Below the pieces are notes generated by a model that worked only from the letters and a program-made list of their open reading frames with translations, did not search any database and was not told where the DNA came from. DNA of 64,000 bases from an uncultured Ruminococcus sp. (GTDB lineage: Bacteria; Bacillota; Clostridia; Oscillospirales; CAG-272): assembly GCA_964579135.1 (NCBI GenBank), contig CAZOFD010000005.1:1858-65857 (forward strand), given 5' to 3'. The position numbers and the translations under genes are program-made. Every line of letters begins with the position of its first letter. The first letter of the stretch is position 1. Below, piece after piece: positions 30,455 through 39,751 of the stretch.

Positions 30455-31513
30455 TTACGATTTTTCGTTTTTTTCGGTGCTTCCCAAACGACCTTTTTCG
30501 CCGCAGGACGAGGCGCCCGGGTCACCGAGCGGGTTTTTGTACATTGCCGCTTCCACGTCGGAATCCGAAACGTGAGTGTATATCTGGGTCGTGTTGAGCT
30601 GCTCGTGCCCCAAAATTTCTTTCAGCACGCGCACGTCAACGCCGCCCTCGCGATACATAAGCGTTGCGGCGGTGTGCCGAAGTTTGTGAACGGAAAAATG
30701 CCTGTTTTCAAGCCCGGCAGCCCTCAGATATTTCTCTACCGTCCACTCCACCGTGCGGTTGCATATACGCACGCCGCGCGAAGAGATAAAAAGCGCTTTC
30801 GTCGGGAGCGTGCCGCGTTCGGGTGACGTGCGAGCGGGGAGATACTCCGCAAGAGCTGCACGACAGGCGTCGTTAAGATATATTATGCGCTCTTTGTTGC
30901 CTTTGCCGAGCACTCGCAGCGAACGCAAAAACTTATCGATATCGCCGATATCCGTACCCACGAGTTCGGACAGACGCATACCGCAATTGAGGAAGAGCGT
31001 TATCATTGTAAAATTGCGCAGGCGGATAAATTCGTCCGCCTCCTCGTCGTTGCGCACCGCCGCGAGAAGCAGGCGCGATTCGTCGAGGGTCAGATATTTC
31101 GGAAGCGTTTGCCTTTTCTTCGGAGAGTCGACGACGAGAGTCGGATCTTTTTCGAGCAATTCGCGTTTCGACGTGCAATATTTGAAGAAGCCGCGCAGGG
31201 AAGACAGTTTTCGCGCCCTTGCAACAGCCGAGTTGCCGAGTTCTCTCTCGGCAAAAAACATAAATTCGTATATATCGGTCGTTGCAATGCGACGCACAAA
31301 GTCCGCGTCTACCGTATCGAGGGATATTTTTTCGTATTCGTCGCTGCCGTAGGCGATGCCGTTTTTTCGCGCTATGAGGAATTTGAAAAAAGTTCGCAGA
31401 TCGAGCATATATTCGTCGACCGTTTTCGGCGATCGCCCTTGGATTACGAGCTTATAACCCGCAAAATCGCGCAAAAGAGGCGGATACTCATCCGGTATAT
31501 ATTTTGTGCCCAT
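30455..31513 (-). CDS. tyrosine recombinase, XerC/XerD-like
   Basis: N-terminal SAM-like domain. Catalytic R (GMRLSEL), HKLRHTAAT and LGHEQLNTTQIYTH (Tyr). Confidence 0.9.
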   Translation of the reverse strand: MGTKYIPDEYPPLLRDFAGYKLVIQGRSPKTVDEYMLDLRTFFKFLIARKNGIAYGSDEYEKISLDTVDADFVRRIATTDIYEFMFFAERELGNSAVARARKLSSLRGFFKYCTSKRELLEKDPTLVVDSPKKRQTLPKYLTLDESRLLLAAVRNDEEADEFIRLRNFTMITLFLNCGMRLSELVGTDIGDIDKFLRSLRVLGKGNKERIIYLNDACRAALAEYLPARTSPERGTLPTKALFISSRGVRICNRTVEWTVEKYLRAAGLENRHFSVHKLRHTAATLMYREGGVDVRVLKEILGHEQLNTTQIYTHVSDSDVEAAMYKNPLGDPGASSCGEKGRLGSTEKNEKS

Positions 31514-31704
31514 TTCCGCAGAGTTAAACGCGGAGCAATCCCCCCGCGCCCTTTCGTTACAGACGGTGTTGTCGCTGCCCGTGCGAGCCCCACGCTACGG
31601 GATGCGAGGGGCACGAGCTCAACAATTTAAAACACCATATTACGTTAATTATACAACATTTCGCGTGTTTTTAGTGTACAAAGTGTAAATTTTTGCGGAT
31701 ATTG

Positions 31705-31733
31705 TTGATTTTTTCACGGTAAAAATATATAAT
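31705..31733 (+). promoter_or_regulatory. candidate sigma-A promoter
   Basis: TTGATT (31705-31710), 17-nt spacer, TATAAT (31728-31733). Confidence 0.55.
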
Positions 31734-31813
31734 TAACGAATAAAGCGGTCGTTGCGCGGCGTACTTTGCGCAAACGGCTGAAAATAACGGCAAAAGGTGC
31801 TTGCATATTATTT

Positions 31814-32449
31814 ATGAAAACTTTTTTTAAGGAATATTTCTCCAAATCCGTAAAGATGTTTATGACTCAGCTCGTTATCTCGATATTCGGGTTATCGCTT
31901 ACGATAGCGCTCGGGATGACGAACAATGCCTTCGCTCAGGTGGCGGCAAGCGCGGCGGCGGCGCTTTTTTATCTTTTTATGGTATACGCCGAGTCTTGGA
32001 ATATCGGCTCGCACGATATTATACGCGTAGACGGCGGCAGGCTTAAAGAGCGCCGCTTGACGGGGCTTTACGTTGCCCTTTTGGCAAACGTGCCGAATAT
32101 TTTGCTTGCGCTCGGTACCGCGCTCGGATTTGCGGTTGCTGACGGTGGATTTTTTTCCTCGCTCGGCGGCTCGTGCGCGACGGCGGCGCTTTTTATAGAG
32201 GGGATGTACACCGGTTTGCTTACGCTTCGCGTTGCGGGTGCGCCGCTCAATTCTTACGCGATAACGTATTTTGTCACTGTCATTCCCGCGCTTGCGGTCT
32301 CGACTTGGGCATATTGGATGGGGCTGCGCGGATATAAGTTTACGAACGTGTTCGTAAGCGAAAACCCCGAGGAACTCGAGATCAAAAACGAGAAGCGTCG
32401 CCGTCGCCTCGAAGAAAAGACGGCGGCGAAGGAGAAACGCGGCAAATAA
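31814..32449 (+). CDS. hypothetical polytopic membrane protein with Lys/Arg/Glu-rich tail
   Basis: About 5 predicted TM helices. I recognise no motif. ATG 31814 preferred over the TTG 31766 of the track ORF because the promoter ends at 31733. Confidence 0.6.
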   Translation: MKTFFKEYFSKSVKMFMTQLVISIFGLSLTIALGMTNNAFAQVAASAAAALFYLFMVYAESWNIGSHDIIRVDGGRLKERRLTGLYVALLANVPNILLALGTALGFAVADGGFFSSLGGSCATAALFIEGMYTGLLTLRVAGAPLNSYAITYFVTVIPALAVSTWAYWMGLRGYKFTNVFVSENPEELEIKNEKRRRRLEEKTAAKEKRGK

Positions 32450-32500
32450 CGAATTACTCGCCTTGATTCGCGCCGCACGGCTGTGTTTGCGCAAGTGCGA

Positions 32501-32540
32501 AAGATCGCGGCGTCCCAAGCGGACGTCGCGATCTTTTTGT
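32501..32540 (+). terminator. rho-independent terminator
   Basis: 15-bp stem aagatcgcggcgtcc-caagc-ggacgtcgcgatctt followed by a T-run. Confidence 0.75.
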
Positions 32541-32592
32541 CGTTTTGCGCTGCGGCGCGGCTCCGCACAAGACACAAAAAAATCAAAAACCT

Positions 32593-32621
32593 TTGACAAA
32601 CAAGCGAAAAAATGTTATAAT
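32593..32621 (+). promoter_or_regulatory. candidate extended -10 promoter of the CarD-family gene
   Basis: TTGACA (32593-32598), 17-nt spacer, TGtTATAAT (32613-32621). Confidence 0.65.
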
Positions 32622-32672
32622 ATGTTTACGTAAATACCATTTGGTATTTGAAGAAACGGACGGTACGTTATT

Positions 32673-33194
32673 ATGTTTGAGATAGGTAAACTTATGGTAT
32701 ACGGAACGAACGGCGTGTGCCGCGTAACGGATATTTGCCCGTCTCCCTTCGACGAGTCGGATACGAGAACGTATTATAAACTCGAGCCGACAAAGGGGGC
32801 AAACCTTGTTATTTACACGCCCGTGGACAATGAAAGCGTTACTATGCGCGAGCTGATCTCGGCAAACGAGGCAGTGGGGCTTTTGCAAAGCCTGCCGAAA
32901 CTTGAGCCGATAGTCGTGCCGTTTGATAAAAAAAGGCGCGAGGTGTATCGCGATATCATACAGACGGCATCGCCGTACGAATATCTGCGACTTTTAAAAA
33001 CCGTGCATTTGCGCAGAGCGGAATTCCGCAAAACGCGCCGCCGCCTGCCGGATATAGACAGCGATTTCGAACATACGGCACGAGAGGCGCTTTACGGCGA
33101 ACTTTCGGTTGTTCTCGAGCGAACGAGGGACGATATAAACGGCGAAATAATGCGTGAGTTTGAGTCCGAGGTTAAGTTGCCGGAGATAAAATAG
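32673..33194 (+). CDS. CarD/CdnL-family RNA-polymerase-binding regulator
   Basis: 173 aa. N-terminal Tudor-like FEIGKLMVYGTNGVCRVTDI and a helical C-terminal domain. Confidence 0.82.
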   Translation: MFEIGKLMVYGTNGVCRVTDICPSPFDESDTRTYYKLEPTKGANLVIYTPVDNESVTMRELISANEAVGLLQSLPKLEPIVVPFDKKRREVYRDIIQTASPYEYLRLLKTVHLRRAEFRKTRRRLPDIDSDFEHTAREALYGELSVVLERTRDDINGEIMREFESEVKLPEIK

Positions 33195-33327
33195 TTTTTT
33201 GTGCCCTTTACCGCGCTGTGCGAAGACGCTTTGTCTTCGCGCACCGCTCGGTGCGCCGTTCGGGATTTGCCTTAAGGCGGCGCAAGCTTTCCGTTTTGCG
33301 TTTAGACAAAATATTTGCCGAAAATAC

Positions 33328-33356
33328 TTGACAAAGACGAGCGGATACTGTATAAT
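33328..33356 (+). promoter_or_regulatory. candidate sigma-A promoter of tRNA-Ser
   Basis: TTGACA (33328-33333), 17-nt spacer, TATAAT (33351-33356). Confidence 0.65.
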
Positions 33357-33417
33357 CAATAAAGTGAATTCTGCAAACGGCGTTCACGGCGCAGGTATCT
33401 GCGTTCTTGGGGTATAC

Positions 33418-33508
33418 GGAGATGTACTCAAGAGGCCGAAGAGGCGCCCCTGCTAAGGGTGTAGGTCGGGTAACCGGCGCGAGAGTTCAAATCTCTCCAT
33501 CTCCGCCA
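33418..33508 (+). tRNA. tRNA-Ser (anticodon GCU)
   Basis: 91 nt. Acceptor GGAGATG/CATCTCC, anticodon loop CTGCTAA, long variable arm, T-arm GAGAGTTCAAATCTCTC, encoded CCA. Confidence 0.9.
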
Positions 33509-33515
33509 AAATATT

Positions 33516-33552
33516 GCCGAACTCGGTCAGGTATCGAGTTCGGCGTTTTTTT
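33516..33552 (+). terminator. tRNA-Ser terminator
   Basis: gccgaactcg-gtcaggtat-cgagttcggc followed by gttttttt. Confidence 0.8.
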
Positions 33553-33745
33553 AAATTCCGCACCGGCGTGCCCTTTTATGCGGCACCGTGTTTGCGGCGA
33601 AAAGATGTGCGCAGGCTTTGCGGCGACGGAGTTGCAGAGATGTTTTAGGCTTTGCGATTTTTGCCGAAAAACGGGTTGCGCAATCCGGCGGGTGCGTCGC
33701 CGGTGTGCGGCGTGCGCCGAAAAAACGAAAGGGGAGAACAGCCAC

Positions 33746-34243
33746 GTGAAAGACGGTTTTGATAGGCTTACCGCCTGCGGAGAGGCGGGGAAAACGAAAA
33801 ACGAGGGAAAAACGGCTATCGTTGCTCTGCGCGAGGAGCACCGCGACGAGGTCATCGCGATGATGCGCGGTTTTTATGCCTCGGACGCGGTATTTACAAA
33901 CGGCTCGGAGGAGATATTCGCCGCCGACGTCGACGCCTGCGTCGGAGATAATCCGTATCTTGAGGGCTACGTGTTCAAATCGGGCGGACGTACGGTGGGG
34001 TACGGTATGCTTGCCAAGAGCTTTTCCACCGAGTTCGGCAAGCCGTGCGTTTGGATAGAGGATATTTTCGTCAAGAGCGAGGCGCGCGGGTGCGGCGTCG
34101 GAACTGAATTTATAAATTTCGTTTCGCGCAAGTACGACGGGTGCGTTTTGCGCCTAGAAGTCGAAGAGGAGAACGAGCGCGCCGTTGCGGTATATCGCAA
34201 ATGCGGCTTTTACGACTTGCCTTATAAGGAAATGAAAAAATGA
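33746..34243 (+). CDS. GNAT-family N-acetyltransferase
   Basis: Acetyl-CoA motif A EARGCGVGTEFINFV. GTG 33746 lies 9 nt after AAAGGGGAG. The track ORF (33407) would run through the tRNA-Ser gene and its terminator. Confidence 0.72.
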   Translation: MKDGFDRLTACGEAGKTKNEGKTAIVALREEHRDEVIAMMRGFYASDAVFTNGSEEIFAADVDACVGDNPYLEGYVFKSGGRTVGYGMLAKSFSTEFGKPCVWIEDIFVKSEARGCGVGTEFINFVSRKYDGCVLRLEVEEENERAVAVYRKCGFYDLPYKEMKK

Positions 34244-34373
34244 TGTGCCCGCGCCGCGGCGTGCTCGCAGGGGGCGGGCGTTTCGGCGTAACGTGAAAAC
34301 TCTGATATGGCAAAATTGTGCAGGTTGCTTGTTTTATAAAAAATGATAACGTCCTCAGGTTGTTTGAAATATC

Positions 34374-34403
34374 TGTGGAAAACCTTGTGATAACTGTGTA
34401 AAA
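34374..34403 (-). promoter_or_regulatory. array of three head-to-tail DnaA-box-like 9-mers
   Basis: Minus strand TTTTACACA-g-TTATCACAA-gg-TTTTCCACA, with 2, 3 and 1 mismatches to TTATCCACA and 10-11 bp phasing. Confidence 0.5.
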
Positions 34404-34480
34404 CGTTATCGTTTTGCGGCGGAAAACGGCTTGTACGCTTATATTTTCGCTTTATGCGTAAAATTCTTTGCATCAAGAGT

Positions 34481-34519
34481 TGTTAATAAGTTAAACTGTG
34501 GAAAACTTTTCCGTATAAT
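34481..34519 (+). promoter_or_regulatory. DnaA-box-like sites next to an orphan TATAAT
   Basis: TGTTAATAA (34481-34489). TGTGGAAAA (34497-34505) within the palindrome GGAAAACTTTTCC. TATAAT at 34514-34519. I found no good -35. Confidence 0.4.
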
Positions 34520-34548
34520 TTCCTTCATCTCGCTTTATGCAAAACGAC

Positions 34549-34590
34549 AAAAAGAGATCAAAAGAGCTCGGCAATCTGCCGAGCTCTTTT
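34549..34590 (-). terminator. terminator of the ABC operon (hairpin usable on both strands)
   Basis: Minus strand aaaagagctcggc-agatt-gccgagctctttt followed by gatctcttttt. Confidence 0.75.
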
Positions 34591-34655
34591 GACTTGGTTG
34601 CGATTTTATCCGTGCCGCGTTTCTCTTGCGCTTTGCGCACTTGATTGCGAGCGGA

Positions 34656-37316
34656 TCAGATATCGTATTTTGCGAGTATCTGCGCGGGCGTTTTGCGAAC
34701 GAGCGACAAAACGGGAAGAATGCCGCAAAGCGTGCACACCGCGTAGATGAATATGCCGACGGAAGTCGCGAGCCACGCGGGATAGTAGAAGAAGGAGTCC
34801 GCAAGGCTCGTAATGCTGCGGATATAGAATATTCCGCAACTTGTAACAAGGTATCCGATAAAGACCGTCAGGGTCGTGAGTACGAGCGATTCTATAAAGA
34901 ATTTAAAAACGAGATTCTTTTTCGAAACGCCGATGGCACGATATATGCCGATCTCTTTGATGCGCGAAAGAAGAGAGGATCTTGCGATAAAATACATACA
35001 GACGCAAAGTATCGCAATCGTTACCGCCATAACGACGGCTTGCGCTATCAGTTCGGTCAGGCAGTCTGCCGTTTTCTCTTCAAACAGGTCGTCGGGCGTT
35101 ATGAGATTTAGTCTGTAACGGTTTGTCGACGTGGTGTCGAAAGAGTTGCGAAGCACGGAGTCCGTCTTTTGCGGGTCGAAAGAGTGGATGAGAACGTAGC
35201 CGCTGCTAACCATAACGTTGCTAACGGACTCGGATATGAAAACGTCCGCCGAGGCGCCGACGTCGATGCTTGCCGGTTCGGGATAGAATTCGTAGTCTTC
35301 CGGATAACCGTCGGGATATTTTTCGTTATCGTATGCACCGATTTTGACGTATATTCTCGAATCGGTAACGCCCATACCCGTGCCTATGGCGAAGTAGTCG
35401 TCGTCGGAGATCAGGAAAACGATCTCGCTGCCGATATCGTATAGCTTTTCGCGAATATCCGCGTCGTTCTTCTTTTCCGTGTCTACTTTGAGCGATACAC
35501 CGCTGACGGTTATCTCTTCGTCGTTTTTAAATGCAGACTCGTAAGCGTCGGGGAGGACGTACATCGCCGTCCCCTTGTCGAGGGAGATACCGTAGTCGGA
35601 AGCGGGAGCGACGAGATACGAGATATCCGAGTGATAGCGCATAAAAGCACGGGCATATGCTATTTGCGAGAAGTAAACGGCGGTTTCGTCGGATTCGACG
35701 ACACCTGCGATCCGCATAAGTTTTTGGTCTTTGCCGAGAGTTTGGCTTTCCGAGCGCAAGCCGATAAGATCGCCGTAATCCGAGATGTATCCGAAAGTCG
35801 ATCTCTCAAGCAGTTTGTCCGCCGCCGCGGTCGTTATCAGAACGTCGTTTTCCGCTTTAAGCTCCGCCGAGCCCGCGACCGTCGTAAGGTCTGCTGCAAG
35901 ATATTGCGGCAGCGGAACGGCGTTCGTATAAAAATCCGTGCCGTAAGAACGAGAGGCGAAAGAGGAGAAGTAGCCGGGGGTAAAATAATATTTTCTGTCG
36001 CCGGCACTGTAACGGGATGCCGTGACGAAATCGATGCCGGACTCCGAGCCGAGGGAGTAGAGTGCCTCGGCTGTCTCGGCGTTCTCGACCCAAACGTAGA
36101 AAACGTTGTGATTGTACGTACTTTCCGCGTCAAGATAATTTTTGATCGAGGTGCCGAAGATCGACGAGATAAAAACAATTACCATAGCGAAGAGCGCCAT
36201 ACAGCAGAATAGCAGTTTGCGCCCCGTGCGTTTTTTGGCGAATTTCGAGATCTTGCCCTTTTTGGTTTTTCCGCTTTGCTTGAAATTCGCATAGAATCCG
36301 CTCTTTACGGAATACGCGAAAGAGAAGAGCTTGCCGTATTTTTTGCCGTTTATCGGCGGCAGGGCGGACATATCGACGTCTTTTGTTTTGTCTTGCGCGG
36401 CTATCTCCTCGAAAGAGCTGTCAAGAAGACGTATTTCGCTCGACTTGTCGATAACGCGCACGCCGGGCGTGTCTACGGAGAGCAACAGCTTGCCGCCGTT
36501 GTTGATTATGCGCAGTTTTACGTTGCCGTCGATTTCGTCGCCGTAAAACTCGATATTCGCGAATTCGCCGCTAAGCGTTTTCTTTTGCATATCGCCGAGA
36601 TAAACGGTGTTTTTGTCGCGGGTGTTCAGCCCCGTTGCGTCGGCGTTTTCGTATCTGTTAACGACGGATCCGTCGGAGAGCTCGATAACTACGTCGCAAT
36701 AGTGATCTACGAGGTCCGCCTCGTGCGTTACGAGCAAAACGAGGCGATCGCGGGATATGCTTTTGAGCAGATCCATAATCATTCGCGTGTTTTTTTCGTC
36801 GAGGTTGCCCGTCGGTTCGTCCGCAAGGATTATGTGCGGATTTTTAACGATGGCGCGTGCGATGGCTACGCGCTGCTGCTGTCCGCCCGAGAGGGTATTC
36901 GGGGTGCGGAGCGCGTATTTGTCCATTCCGACGTTACCGAGAGCGGCGAAAACGCGCTCCTCGATAGTTTGGCGATCCGTTATACCGCAAAGGCGCAACG
37001 CGTCGGCAACGTTGTCGAATACCGTTTCGCTTTTGTTGAGATTGTAATTTTGAAAGATGTAGCCGACGTATTTGTTGCGTATCGTGTCCGTATTCTTGCG
37101 AACGTTTTGCCCGTCTATCAAGATAGTTCCGGCGGAAAAACTGTCAAGACCGCCTATAACGTTGAGCAAAGTCGTTTTTCCGCAACCGCTGCGACCGAAA
37201 AAAGCGACGATGCCTTTGTCGGGCAGGGAGAGCGAGGTGTCGTTTATAACGTGGTTTTCGTTTTGTTTACCGCGGTTGAAATATTTATTTACGCCTTTTA
37301 TTTCGAGAATACTCAT
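34656..37316 (-). CDS. fused ABC ATPase / FtsX-type permease (MacB architecture), paralog 2
   Basis: 886 aa. Walker [10 protein letters not shown], signature LSGGQQQR, Walker [12 protein letters not shown]. Then an insert of about 130 aa, TM1, an extracytoplasmic domain of about 370 aa and a C-terminal 3-TM FtsX module. Its ATG overlaps the upstream stop as ATGA (37313-37316). Confidence 0.9.
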   Translation of the reverse strand: MSILEIKGVNKYFNRGKQNENHVINDTSLSLPDKGIVAFFGRSGCGKTTLLNVIGGLDSFSAGTILIDGQNVRKNTDTIRNKYVGYIFQNYNLNKSETVFDNVADALRLCGITDRQTIEERVFAALGNVGMDKYALRTPNTLSGGQQQRVAIARAIVKNPHIILADEPTGNLDEKNTRMIMDLLKSISRDRLVLLVTHEADLVDHYCDVVIELSDGSVVNRYENADATGLNTRDKNTVYLGDMQKKTLSGEFANIEFYGDEIDGNVKLRIINNGGKLLLSVDTPGVRVIDKSSEIRLLDSSFEEIAAQDKTKDVDMSALPPINGKKYGKLFSFAYSVKSGFYANFKQSGKTKKGKISKFAKKRTGRKLLFCCMALFAMVIVFISSIFGTSIKNYLDAESTYNHNVFYVWVENAETAEALYSLGSESGIDFVTASRYSAGDRKYYFTPGYFSSFASRSYGTDFYTNAVPLPQYLAADLTTVAGSAELKAENDVLITTAAADKLLERSTFGYISDYGDLIGLRSESQTLGKDQKLMRIAGVVESDETAVYFSQIAYARAFMRYHSDISYLVAPASDYGISLDKGTAMYVLPDAYESAFKNDEEITVSGVSLKVDTEKKNDADIREKLYDIGSEIVFLISDDDYFAIGTGMGVTDSRIYVKIGAYDNEKYPDGYPEDYEFYPEPASIDVGASADVFISESVSNVMVSSGYVLIHSFDPQKTDSVLRNSFDTTSTNRYRLNLITPDDLFEEKTADCLTELIAQAVVMAVTIAILCVCMYFIARSSLLSRIKEIGIYRAIGVSKKNLVFKFFIESLVLTTLTVFIGYLVTSCGIFYIRSITSLADSFFYYPAWLATSVGIFIYAVCTLCGILPVLSLVRKTPAQILAKYDI

Positions 37317-39556
37317 TCGTTGTTACCTCCGAGCGTGGATTTAACGCTTTCTCCGAAAAGCGCGGAGAGTTGCTTTTTGACAACGCGCAACGTCACAAGC
37401 AACGTTCCGACGACGATAAGTATATAGTGCCATGGCTGCAGTGACGTGAGGGCGCGGTTGACCGAGGGGACGAAAGACAAAAGCGCGGCGGCAACGGCGA
37501 GAACTATTATCGAGGGGATCATCGAAAGCAACATTCTGACGTACATTCCCGTTTTGATGACCTTGACGGATATGCCCATAGAGCGCATAATGCCCGCGTC
37601 GGCTTTAAAGGCGGAAAATGCTTTTGCCGTGCAAAGATTGATAAAGAAAGCGAGGAATATGACCGATATCCCCCAAACGACGAGCGCAAGTACGGAGGTG
37701 AAGAGCGTTTCGAGTATCTCGAGCATCGAGGGCTCGTACTCTGTCTTGGAGGAAACGGCGATATACCCGTCGGCACACATTTTGTCGACGGCGGCGTCGG
37801 CTTGGCGGTCGTTGGCGAAGAACAGCGAAGCCTGCGAATAATTTTCGTCTAAAAATTCGTCGACAAGCTTCGTTATGCAATCGACGGAGACGATGGCGCC
37901 GGGCGACATAAATCCGTCGTATACTTTGCCCCATACTTCGGTGTCGAGTTTTTTGACGTTTTTGCCGTCAAACTCTTCGTTGGTATTAAAATCCATATCG
38001 AAAGAGTAGGCGCCGAAATTTAAGTACCAATCGTATTTTTCGGGATATTGTGCGTTTACGTAAGCGTCGCAATCGTCGAAAAAGCCGAAATTGACGTCGT
38101 CGTAATCAAAATAGTAGTTTTGATTTTCGGTTTGAGCGTAAAAACCGCCGTACGAGTAGCGTCCGCCGCTCGCCAAGAACAGCTTTGAGGCGATATCGAA
38201 GCCCTCGCGCGTGAAAGAAACGGACGGTGAGACGGTGTTATCGCTGTAATAGTGCACGCCGACCACGGTCCAAACCGTTTTAAACATAAGTATATTCGGC
38301 AGATTGTCTTTGTCGGTGCCGAATTTGTCTTTGAGAGAAACGGGTAGGTTGAGGAGCACTTCGTTTGCTTTTTGCGGGGAGCTGCCTATAACGCCGCTGC
38401 CGAAATCCGCGTCGAAAGTGAGCGTAACGTCGGGAACGATCGAGCGATAGTATTCGAATTCCGCCTCAACGTCGAGAAGCAGGTCGTATTTGGTATAAGA
38501 CGTCGCTCCGTATTTTTTCGCGATGGCGGCGAGCTCATCCTCGGATATCGCCGCGCCGTCGCCCTTGGTAAACACGACGCGCCCGTCGATGGGCGAGAAC
38601 ATATAGCGCTTATCGAAGAGGTCGGACATCTCTCCGTTCGAGGCTGTTGTCGCGAATATGCCGAGCGACGCTATTATGAGCAAAAGGCACATAAAAACGC
38701 TGAGCTTGGGACGGGAGGTGAATATGGCGTTCCCGAGTGCGATGCCGTTTCGCAGGTCGCGACGGGATTTGTCCGTACGGCTTTTCGCTCGCTTTGCACG
38801 AGTTTTGGCACTTTGCGTTTTCGTTTCCTCGGCGGGGGCGGCGCTTTGCGCGCTATGGTCGTCGCCTATGCGATTCGGAGCGAGCACGTGGTCGGACTCG
38901 ACGGCGCCGTCAAACACTCTGATCTCGCGCGTTGCGATATCGGCGACCTGATCGAAGTTGTGGGTAACTATTATCAGCAGCTTGTCGCGCGATACTTCGC
39001 GAAGCAGGTTTATTATCTCTTTACTTGAGGCACTGTCGAGGTTGCCCGTCGGCTCGTCCGCAAGGATCATCGGGCTGTCTTTTGCCAAGGCACGGGCGAT
39101 AACGGTGCGCTGTTTTTGCCCGCCGGAGAGTTGCGAACCCTTTTGGCGCAGGTATTTCGTCATACCGACGCGATCGATAAGCTCGAGTGCGCGGCGGCGG
39201 CGTTCCTTTTTATCCCGAATGTGCATCAGCGCGAGCTCGACGTTTTGCAAAACGGTGAAGCACTCTATGATATTGTAGTCCTGAAATATAAAAGATACGT
39301 ATTTTTGTCGATACTGCTCCCACTCGGAAGTGGAGTAGTGCGAGGTCGTTTCGCCGTTTATGAGGAGTTCGCCCTCCTCATAGGTGTCGATGCCGCTGAT
39401 AACGTTCAGCAGCGTTGATTTTCCCGAGCCGGAAGTACCCGTTACCGCAACGAATTCGCCGCGGTCAAACGTTAGGTTGACGCCGCGTATACCGACGGAA
39501 ACGTTCCCCTCGTTGACGTAGATTTTGCCCACGTCGCGAAGTTCAAGCAAAGCCAT
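37313..39556 (-). CDS. fused ABC ATPase / FtsX-type permease (MacB architecture), paralog 1
   Basis: Walker [31 protein letters not shown]1, an extracytoplasmic domain of about 330 aa and a 3-TM FtsX module. Start taken at ATG 39556 (MALLELRDVG), 7 nt after AAAGGAG, rather than the GTG 39577 of the track ORF. Confidence 0.9.
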   Translation of the reverse strand: MALLELRDVGKIYVNEGNVSVGIRGVNLTFDRGEFVAVTGTSGSGKSTLLNVISGIDTYEEGELLINGETTSHYSTSEWEQYRQKYVSFIFQDYNIIECFTVLQNVELALMHIRDKKERRRRALELIDRVGMTKYLRQKGSQLSGGQKQRTVIARALAKDSPMILADEPTGNLDSASSKEIINLLREVSRDKLLIIVTHNFDQVADIATREIRVFDGAVESDHVLAPNRIGDDHSAQSAAPAEETKTQSAKTRAKRAKSRTDKSRRDLRNGIALGNAIFTSRPKLSVFMCLLLIIASLGIFATTASNGEMSDLFDKRYMFSPIDGRVVFTKGDGAAISEDELAAIAKKYGATSYTKYDLLLDVEAEFEYYRSIVPDVTLTFDADFGSGVIGSSPQKANEVLLNLPVSLKDKFGTDKDNLPNILMFKTVWTVVGVHYYSDNTVSPSVSFTREGFDIASKLFLASGGRYSYGGFYAQTENQNYYFDYDDVNFGFFDDCDAYVNAQYPEKYDWYLNFGAYSFDMDFNTNEEFDGKNVKKLDTEVWGKVYDGFMSPGAIVSVDCITKLVDEFLDENYSQASLFFANDRQADAAVDKMCADGYIAVSSKTEYEPSMLEILETLFTSVLALVVWGISVIFLAFFINLCTAKAFSAFKADAGIMRSMGISVKVIKTGMYVRMLLSMIPSIIVLAVAAALLSFVPSVNRALTSLQPWHYILIVVGTLLVTLRVVKKQLSALFGESVKSTLGGNNE

Positions 39557-39665
39557 TTTAAAACTCCTTTCGATCACGTCTCTCCGTTTTCGGCGGGCGC
39601 GTTTTGCGCCTTGTTAGGCCGTCCTTGGCGGTATGCCGCCGAAGCGCGGAGAGAAATTAAAAACA

Positions 39666-39694
39666 ATTATATCATTATGCGAAGCGAATGTAAA
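39666..39694 (-). promoter_or_regulatory. candidate sigma-A promoter of the ABC operon
   Basis: Minus strand TTTACA (39694-39689), 17-nt spacer, TATAAT (39671-39666). Leader of about 100 nt. Confidence 0.6.
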
Positions 39695-39751
39695 TACGTA
39701 TCACGCAAAACGGCAATCGTTGCCTTGCGCCGTTGCCCGACAAAGGGGCGT

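Noticed and set aside
33407-33745. 5' part of the 278-aa ORF that would extend the GNAT gene upstream.
   Set aside because: It would be translated through the tRNA-Ser gene (33418-33508) and its terminator. GTG 33746 behind AAAGGGGAG gives a normal-size GNAT.
34222-34476. 84-aa minus-strand ORF in the DnaA-box spacer.
   Set aside because: It overlaps the 3' end of the GNAT gene. It has no RBS and a basic low-complexity sequence. It spans the DnaA-box array, which is the more likely function of this DNA.
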